A DNA stretch of 4,560 nt from IMG/VR virus record IMGVR_UViG_2778260992_000004, positions 1 to 4,560 of that record. One strand, given 5' to 3'. This document shows positions 1 through 4,560 of the stretch, one piece after another. The notes beneath the pieces were generated by a model that ran no database searches, was not told the DNA's origin, and saw only the letters and a list, made by a program, of their open reading frames with translations. Origin of the DNA: a virus. Lineage: Duplodnaviria > Heunggongvirae > Uroviricota > Caudoviricetes. Position numbers and translations under genes: made by a program. Every line of letters begins with the position of its first letter. Position 1 is the stretch's first letter.

Positions 1-161
1 GAAACGAAATCACGTGGACGTTTCGTGCTCCTTCAGGTTGTGTTTTATCTGGTATTTACGTTCAGGAAACGGGAAGCCGGTCAGCAGATAATATTGGTGG
101 TGTGTATTACAAACAGGCTCAGATTTATATTGATGGCGCATGGCGCTCGGTATCAGGTTAA
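1..161 (+). CDS. Tail fiber protein, C-terminal end (P2 gpH-like); partial, 5' end lies upstream of the window
   Basis: The frame whose first full codon starts at position 3 is open from the window edge to TAA at 159-161 (...SADNIGGVYYKQAQIYIDGAWRSVSG*). The stop lies 2 nt before an ATG at 164 and 14 nt before the preferred chaperone start at 176, matching the fiber-then-chaperone order of P2-type phages. The call is by position and synteny; sequence alone is weak evidence. Confidence 0.55.
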   Translation, partial: NEITWTFRAPSGCVLSGIYVQETGSRSADNIGGVYYKQAQIYIDGAWRSVSG

Positions 162-175
162 TTATGGAGAAAATA

Positions 176-706
176 ATGGAGCTAAGAAATATTACGCGTT
201 ATTACCCTGAAGAGATGCCTTATGGCGAAGGCATTCAGTATTTCCGTAGTGAAGACGGGCAGGATTTTTATGAATCACTGGATAAATTCACGAAGAAATA
301 CAAGCTGTGCACGCATCCTGAAACTGGCGTTATTTATTCAATGGCGGAAGACGTATCCCGGCTTTATCCGGCAGGTTTCACCATTGTGGAAGTGGATGAA
401 CTACCGGATGGCTTTTGTATAGAGGCGCGCTGGTATTATAAAGATGGTGAAGTACTGCCGGTTCCTGTTGATTACAGACTGCTGGCTGAGTCGGAACGAG
501 CACGTCTTACGGCGATTGCTGAACGGGAAATATCCGACAAGAAAACAGATTTACTTCTGGGAATAATTAATGATGGTGAAAAAGAAATGCTGAAATTATG
601 GCGGATGTACATCAGAAATTTAAAGGGTATTGATTTTAATCTCATTCATGATAAATCGTCATTTGATAGTATTAAATGGCCTTGTGAACCTGAGAATACA
701 CATTAA
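176..706 (+). CDS. Tail fiber assembly protein / chaperone (Tfa, P2 gpG family), copy 1
   Basis: 176-aa ORF ending TAA 704-706. GGAGA at 166-170 sits 5 nt before ATG 176. Starting at 176 gives an N-terminus (MELRNITRYYPEE...SEDGQDFYE) colinear with the downstream paralog (MLNIKNFKPYTPEN...SEDGQDWYE). The C-terminus ...SFDSIKWPCEPENT carries the W-P-x-x-P-type end I recall for Tfa proteins. In-frame ATGs at 140 and 164 are less likely because 140 overlaps the fiber gene end. Confidence 0.85.
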   Translation: MELRNITRYYPEEMPYGEGIQYFRSEDGQDFYESLDKFTKKYKLCTHPETGVIYSMAEDVSRLYPAGFTIVEVDELPDGFCIEARWYYKDGEVLPVPVDYRLLAESERARLTAIAEREISDKKTDLLLGIINDGEKEMLKLWRMYIRNLKGIDFNLIHDKSSFDSIKWPCEPENTH

Positions 707-723
707 ATATCAAAGGATAAAAT

Positions 724-1254
724 ATGCTGAATATTAAGAATTTTAAACCTTACACACCAGAAAACATGCTCGTAAATGCATCTTACCTTATGTCTGAAGA
801 CGGACAGGACTGGTATGAATGTCAGAAATTATTTTCTCCTGATACGGTTAAAGTCGTTTATGACAACAGTAATGTAATTATCAGTTTTAGTCAGGATGTT
901 TCCTCCTTGTTTCCTGTTAACGCGAGTGTGGCTGAAGTTGCAGTCAGTGCAGTTCCTGCAGAGATGTCAATTGATGGAAACTGGTTGTATATTGATGGAA
1001 AGATTGTGCCTAAATCTATCAATTATCAGCAGAAAGCAGAAGAGCATCGACGCTGGTTGTATTCCCGTGCTGCAGATATCACTTCTGACTGGAAGGCTGA
1101 ATTGATTCTTGAAATTATCAGTGATGATGACAAAGAACAATTGAAGGCATGGCTGCTTTATGCCAGGGCACTTAAATCGCTTGATTTCAGTCAGGTTACT
1201 GATGAATCGTCTTATAATGCCATTGAGTGGCCAGCACCTCCACAGAACACCTGA
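724..1254 (+). CDS. Tail fiber assembly protein / chaperone (Tfa, P2 gpG family), copy 2, diverged tandem paralog
   Basis: 176-aa ORF ending TGA 1252-1254. AAGGA at 712-716 sits 7 nt before ATG 724. Shared motifs with copy 1 include SEDGQDWYE, WLYIDGKIVP versus WYYKDGEVLP, DKEQLKAWLLYARALKSLDF versus EKEMLKLWRMYIRNLKGIDF, and a C-terminal IEWPAPPQNT. Identity is roughly 35-40 percent by eye. Confidence 0.85.
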   Translation: MLNIKNFKPYTPENMLVNASYLMSEDGQDWYECQKLFSPDTVKVVYDNSNVIISFSQDVSSLFPVNASVAEVAVSAVPAEMSIDGNWLYIDGKIVPKSINYQQKAEEHRRWLYSRAADITSDWKAELILEIISDDDKEQLKAWLLYARALKSLDFSQVTDESSYNAIEWPAPPQNT

Positions 1255-1273
1255 AAAAGAAGTTAATCAACAG

Positions 1274-1296
1274 ACCGCCTTAAGGGCGGTTTTTTT
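1274..1296 (+). terminator. Rho-independent terminator-like hairpin plus T-tract downstream of the second chaperone gene
   Basis: ACCGCC (1274-1279) pairs with GGCGGT (1285-1290) around the loop TTAAG, followed by a run of Ts through 1296. The reverse complement has no U-tract after the stem, so it is + strand specific. Confidence 0.6.
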
Positions 1297-1309
1297 ATGG
1301 GAGAAATGT

Positions 1310-2785
1310 ATGTCCGGACTACATGGTGTTGAAACCATTGAACTGACGACAGGCACGGTTGCCGTGCAGACCATCTCCACAGCAGTGATTGGCCTGGTGG
1401 GGACAGCACCGGACGCCTCTGGTGGCGTGTGCGCTTCCGGCACAGCCGGCTCCTGGCTGCTGGGAACGGCGCTGGATTTCACGGCGAAACAGGAAGGTCG
1501 GGTCGGTAATAAGATTTCGGTTGTTGCCGTGGCTGCCACAGAACAAAACGCGCAGACAGTGGCATCGCTGAAAGGCACAACCCTGACGATAACGCTGGGG
1601 ACGGACGAACACAGCCAGATTAACGCCACGGCTGACCGTGTGACTGAAGTGGTGAATGCGCTGGGGGATTCGCCTGTGACGGCGGCTGTCAGCACCCTGA
1701 ATGCAGGAGGTGCTGAAAATAAAGTTGTGGCGCCGTTCAGCCTGACGTTATCCGGCGGAGAAGATGAGGCGTTCCCGGTCAATACACCGGTGGTGGTGGC
1801 AGGGGCCATTACTCAGGCAGGAAAACTGGGCACATCCGGAACATTATATCCGGCCCTGCGAGATATTTTTGACCAGACTGGTGCGCTGGTGATTGTGGTG
1901 CGCGCAGAAAGTAAAACAAAGACGAAAGAGGCCGAACAGCGTGCGGCGGTGATTCAGGCCATGGAGGCGCTGACAGAAAGTAAGGGCGTGACAGGCTATC
2001 AACCGCGCATCCTCATTGCCACGGGGTACAGTGAGGATGATGGCGTGGCAAAGGCGCTGGAAACGTATGCCGTGAAGCTGCGGGCTGTGGCCTATATTGA
2101 CTCGCCTTCAATGGCAACGCCGCAGGATGTGGTTCAGCGGCGCGCGTCATTTGGTGGGCGTGTGGAGCTGCTGCGTCCGCGCGTGTCAGTGACGGATGAC
2201 AGCGGGCAAACGATATTTCGTCCATATTCGGCTCGTGCTGCCGGGCTGCGTGCCCGTATTGATTACGAAAAAGGGTGGTGGTGGTCCAAATCAAACCAGG
2301 ACGTGATGAATATCACCGGTCTGGAGCAGGTGGATACGTTTATTCTCGGGGAGCAGAACTGCACGGCAAACCTGCTGAACATGGAAAATATCTCCACCAT
2401 TATTCGCCATGACGGTTTTAAACACTGGGGTAACCGTCTGTGCACATCCCACAGTCAGTGGCGTTTTGAGCCGGTACGCCGCACTGCAGATGTGATTGAG
2501 GACAGCATCCAGGAGGCCATGCTGCCTTATGTCGATCGCCCGCTTGATCGGGATGTGGCAGACGACATTCTTGGCAGCATTAATGCCTATATGCGTCAGC
2601 TTAAAAATCTGGGCGCGATCCACGGTGGCAGTGCATGGCTGAACGATGAACTGAACACTGCAGAAACCCTGGCGGCAGGGCAGTTGTATATCGATTATGA
2701 CTTTGGGCCGAAGTCACCACTGGAGCGCCTGACACTGCGGGCAATGATTAACAATAAACTGGCGCTGGAGGAACTGACGGTATGA
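1310..2785 (+). CDS. FI: Contractile tail sheath protein (P2 gpFI family)
   Basis: 491-aa ORF. GGGAGA at 1299-1304 sits 5 nt before ATG 1310. The N-terminus MSGLHGVETIELTTGTVAVQTISTAVIGLVGTAPDA and C-terminal region ...AETLAAGQLYIDYDFGPKSPLERLTLRAMIN resemble the P2 sheath as I recall it. The stop TGA 2783-2785 overlaps the next start. The ORF-track start at 1160 is only an upstream open extension across the terminator. Confidence 0.93.
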   Translation: MSGLHGVETIELTTGTVAVQTISTAVIGLVGTAPDASGGVCASGTAGSWLLGTALDFTAKQEGRVGNKISVVAVAATEQNAQTVASLKGTTLTITLGTDEHSQINATADRVTEVVNALGDSPVTAAVSTLNAGGAENKVVAPFSLTLSGGEDEAFPVNTPVVVAGAITQAGKLGTSGTLYPALRDIFDQTGALVIVVRAESKTKTKEAEQRAAVIQAMEALTESKGVTGYQPRILIATGYSEDDGVAKALETYAVKLRAVAYIDSPSMATPQDVVQRRASFGGRVELLRPRVSVTDDSGQTIFRPYSARAAGLRARIDYEKGWWWSKSNQDVMNITGLEQVDTFILGEQNCTANLLNMENISTIIRHDGFKHWGNRLCTSHSQWRFEPVRRTADVIEDSIQEAMLPYVDRPLDRDVADDILGSINAYMRQLKNLGAIHGGSAWLNDELNTAETLAAGQLYIDYDFGPKSPLERLTLRAMINNKLALEELTV

Positions 2786-3300
2786 TGACGGGTGAAAAAA
2801 AACGGTTGCGCGCATGGGCGTTATTTCTTCCTGGCGGAATCCGCCTTCAGGGGGCACATGAATACACGCCACCTGCCATTAATATCACGACAGTGGATAT
2901 CAAAACTGGCGCAATGGATGCACCGGTGGCAGTGGATGACGGCATGGAAGCGCTGACCTGTTCGTTTAAGATTTATGGTTATGATGTTGCCATGCTTACG
3001 CTGCTGGGATTACAGGCCGGGCTTTATTCGCCGGAGATTGTTGTCCGCCAGGCTTACCAGGTGGGGAATGCGACCAGCGGGCAGGTGGAAACTCTGCAGG
3101 GGATGATCACCAGTATCACGCCGGATGCGCGTCCCGCAACGTCACAGGCAGAGGCTTCGGTGACGGTGGAAATGTCACTGAGTTATTACCGTCAGGCTGT
3201 TGACGGTGTGGAAACCATCTGCATTATTCCGGAGGAATTTGTGCGTCGTATTAACGGCGTTAATGTTCTGGCGGATCTGAAAAAAATCATCCGGGTTTAA
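2782..3300 (+). CDS. FII: Tail tube protein (P2 gpFII family)
   Basis: 172-aa ORF starting at ATG 2782 within ATGATGA, which overlaps the sheath stop; GGAGG at 2767-2771. Size and position immediately after the sheath fit the tube protein, and the C-terminal region ...SYYRQAVDGVETICIIPEEFVRRINGVNVLADL resembles the P2 tube as I recall it. Confidence 0.9.
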   Translation: MMTGEKKRLRAWALFLPGGIRLQGAHEYTPPAINITTVDIKTGAMDAPVAVDDGMEALTCSFKIYGYDVAMLTLLGLQAGLYSPEIVVRQAYQVGNATSGQVETLQGMITSITPDARPATSQAEASVTVEMSLSYYRQAVDGVETICIIPEEFVRRINGVNVLADLKKIIRV

Positions 3301-3319
3301 TCCGGGGATCCTGTCATTC

Positions 3320-3346
3320 AGGCGGCTCAGGCCGCCTTTTCTTTTT
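3320..3346 (+). terminator. Intra-operonic intrinsic-terminator-like hairpin (candidate attenuator) between tube and E
   Basis: AGGCGGC (3320-3326) pairs with GCCGCCT (3331-3337) around the tetraloop TCAG, followed by TTTCTTTTT to 3346. It lies 14 nt before the RBS of the next gene. Confidence 0.5.
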
Positions 3347-3359
3347 AAAGGAGATGCTT

Positions 3360-3662
3360 ATGTCGGAAAAAAACAGTGTTCCTGCCAGCAGCGTGGAAAT
3401 TGTGTTATCCGTGCCGTATGTCACCGCATCAGGACAGACGATCACGCACGTCACTATGCGTGCGCCCACTGTCCGTGATCGTCTGTTGCATCGCCGGAGT
3501 AACAAACCGGAAGCAGAGGCTGATCTGGATATGATTGCCGGTCTGTGTGGGATGGACGCGGCAGACATGATGAACATGGAAGCGTGTGATTACCTGGCCC
3601 TGGAGCGTCAGTTTAATGTTTTTTTGCTGCCGCCGGTCCGGCGGAAGAAGAAAGCATCCTGA
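3360..3662 (+). CDS. E: Tail assembly chaperone E (P2 gpE family), zero-frame product
   Basis: 100-aa ORF. AAGGAG at 3348-3353 sits 6 nt before ATG 3360; the in-frame ATG at 3354 abuts the SD and is unlikely. The small acidic protein lies between tube and tape measure and contains a T7G slippery run near its 3' end, as in the P2 FETUD operon. Confidence 0.8.
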   Translation: MSEKNSVPASSVEIVLSVPYVTASGQTITHVTMRAPTVRDRLLHRRSNKPEAEADLDMIAGLCGMDAADMMNMEACDYLALERQFNVFLLPPVRRKKKAS

Positions 3663-3799
3663 CAGCGATACGGCGTGCCGGTGCATGGTTCGGATGGTCT
3701 CCCGGAGATGTGATGGCGCTGCCGTATACGGATTTTGTGGCAATGATGCTGGCGGAGTCGGAAGAGAGGAAGCGATGTTATGGCAACGGTGGGCGATAA
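3360..3799 (+). CDS. E': Tail assembly chaperone E+E' fusion, predicted -1 programmed ribosomal frameshift product (shift at 3620-3626)
   Basis: The -1 frame is closed by TAA at 3614-3616 and opens at 3617, directly in front of the slippery run, then stays open to TAA 3797-3799. It encodes a protein-like extension (...AAAGPAEEESILTAIRRAGAWFGWSPGDVMALPYTDFVAMMLAESEERKRCYGNGGR). The +1 frame over the same region reads as Cys/Arg-rich junk. Predicted fusion is about 146 aa. Confidence 0.7.
3619..3644 (+). other. Recoding signal: T7G slippery sequence plus downstream GC-rich hairpin
   Basis: TTTTTTTG at 3619-3626 gives the heptamer T-TTT-TTG in the E frame (codons GTT TTT TTG). Three nt downstream, CCGCCGG (3630-3636) and CCGGCGG (3638-3644) are reverse complements and can form a 5-6 bp GC stem. 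Confidence 0.7.
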
Positions 3800-4560
3800 C
3801 CTTAAAGCGAATATCCGGATCGGAGGCACGATAGATCCGTCGTGGAAAAAATCGGTTGATGGGCTGAAGCACGGATTATCAGGGGCAACACAGGAAGTGG
3901 CTCGTCTGACACGCCAGCAGGACGTACTGAAACGAAAAATTCAGGCTGGCGTTCTGGCTGGACAGGATATTACTGATCTGCGAAAGCAGTATGAAAAGCT
4001 GGGTAAAAAAATTCATGATGCCACCGGAGAGCAGGACAAATTTAACCGTAAGCTGGCGCGCGCGGAACGTCTGGCTCGCTGGAAAGGGTGGGCCGGGACC
4101 GTTCTTAAGACCGGGCTGGGGCTTTCGGTTGGTTCCGGGCTTACGCTGGCAGCAGGTGCAAGTGCGGTACTGAACCGGAATTCGGAAACAGCAGAGCGTG
4201 CAGGGATAGCGCGGAGCTACGGGGTGGACTATGAAACCTATGCGGCGTGGGATTCACTGGGCCGTCAGATGGGGTTAAACGGTGAAAACATCGGTGATCT
4301 GTTTGAGGAATACCGGAACAAGGTTTTTGACGATGATAATGGTGCCACGGACAAAGGAGCCATTCAGGAGGTATTCGGTAAACTGGGGCTGAAAGCGGGC
4401 GTAATGGCCGGAAAAAGCAACCAGGAGCAGGTCGAATTTTTATTTGATCGCTTACTGCAGGTTGAGAATGAGCAGCAGGCGGCGGGGATGGCAGATGCGT
4501 TGTTCGGTGGTGAGGCCAATAAAATTCTGACCTGGATGCGTCTGTCAGGGAAAACTTATC
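3780..4560 (+). CDS. T: Tail tape measure protein (P2 gpT family), N-terminal part; partial, continues beyond the window
   Basis: The frame is closed by TGA at 3744-3746 and the first start is ATG 3780, with GAGGAAG at 3764-3770. It runs with no stop to the window end (260 codons: MATVGDNLKANIRIGGTIDPSWKKSVDGLKHG...). The start lies inside the 3' end of the E' frame, as in P2. It is absent from the ORF track only because it has no stop in the window. Confidence 0.85.
   Translation, partial: MATVGDNLKANIRIGGTIDPSWKKSVDGLKHGLSGATQEVARLTRQQDVLKRKIQAGVLAGQDITDLRKQYEKLGKKIHDATGEQDKFNRKLARAERLARWKGWAGTVLKTGLGLSVGSGLTLAAGASAVLNRNSETAERAGIARSYGVDYETYAAWDSLGRQMGLNGENIGDLFEEYRNKVFDDDNGATDKGAIQEVFGKLGLKAGVMAGKSNQEQVEFLFDRLLQVENEQQAAGMADALFGGEANKILTWMRLSGKTY

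Noticed and set aside
45-70. Possible invertase crossover site (gix/hix-like) in the fiber 3' end: TTATCTGGTATTTACGTTCAGGAAAC
   Set aside because: Only the TTATC and CAGGAAAC ends resemble the half-sites I recall, and spacing and the AAACC core do not match. Both chaperone genes are in the same orientation, no invertase gene is present, and the site would be too close to the fiber end for a G-segment type switch.
1-161. Diversity-generating retroelement variable region at the fiber C-terminus
   Set aside because: No template-repeat copy of this sequence and no reverse transcriptase ORF are visible anywhere in the window.
25-210. Plus-strand ORF 25..210 (GTG start) and the ATG 140 and 164 extensions of the first chaperone ORF
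   Set aside because: ORF 25..210 is out of frame with the fiber frame that ends cleanly at 161, and its translation is hydrophobic junk. Starts at 140 and 164 lack the paralog-consistent N-terminus and the well-spaced GGAGA that ATG 176 has.
1213-1218. Perfect TATAAT hexamer as a promoter for the sheath operon
   Set aside because: No acceptable -35 at 16-18 bp spacing and no TG extension. It lies in AT-rich coding sequence where such hexamers occur by chance, and any transcript would run straight into the hairpin at 1274-1296.
222-1571. Internal out-of-frame plus-strand ORFs 222..422, 896..1105 and 1389..1571
   Set aside because: Each is fully nested in a different frame of a well-supported CDS, is short, and has no RBS or recognisable protein features.
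1267-2623. Minus-strand ORFs inside the sheath gene (1267..1809 of 180 aa, 1319..1612, 2013..2294, 2263..2445, 2291..2623)
   Set aside because: They are antisense to a strongly supported sheath CDS and their translations are low-complexity (Ala/Pro/Thr/Ser or His/Cys/Arg rich), with no RBS context. This is the usual artifact of open antisense frames in GC-rich coding sequence.
3586-3834. ORF 3586..3834 (+1 frame relative to E) as the E' extension
   Set aside because: Its translation is Cys/Arg-rich and not protein-like. The -1 frame opens exactly at the slippery run and encodes a plausible sequence, consistent with the known -1 mechanism of this family.
3314-3872. Minus-strand ORFs 3314..3577, 3429..3872 and 3608..3829 over the E/E' region
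   Set aside because: Antisense to the E/E' coding frames, basic and low-complexity, with no start context.
3991-4173. ORF 3991..4173 inside the tape measure gene
   Set aside because: Out-of-frame and nested in the long open tape measure frame; translation is Gly/Pro/Trp/Arg-rich junk.

Overview
This window reads as a contiguous, same-strand (+) tail morphogenesis module of a P2-like myovirus prophage or P2-type tailocin: 3' end of a tail fiber gene (H-like), two tandem diverged tail fiber assembly chaperone genes (G-like), tail sheath (FI-like), tail tube (FII-like), the tail assembly chaperone pair E/E' made by a -1 programmed frameshift, and the 5' part of the tape measure gene (T-like). 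All calls rest on reading the translations, gene order and spacing by eye and on recalled family features; no database search was run. I see no novel defence or accessory system here. The points worth a second look are the duplicated low-GC chaperone cassette, a roughly 100-aa insertion in the sheath, two intrinsic-terminator-like hairpins (one abutting the sheath start, one inside the operon) and a very clean frameshift cassette. No RNA genes, CRISPR arrays, integrase or invertase are visible, and no minus-strand ORF looks real.
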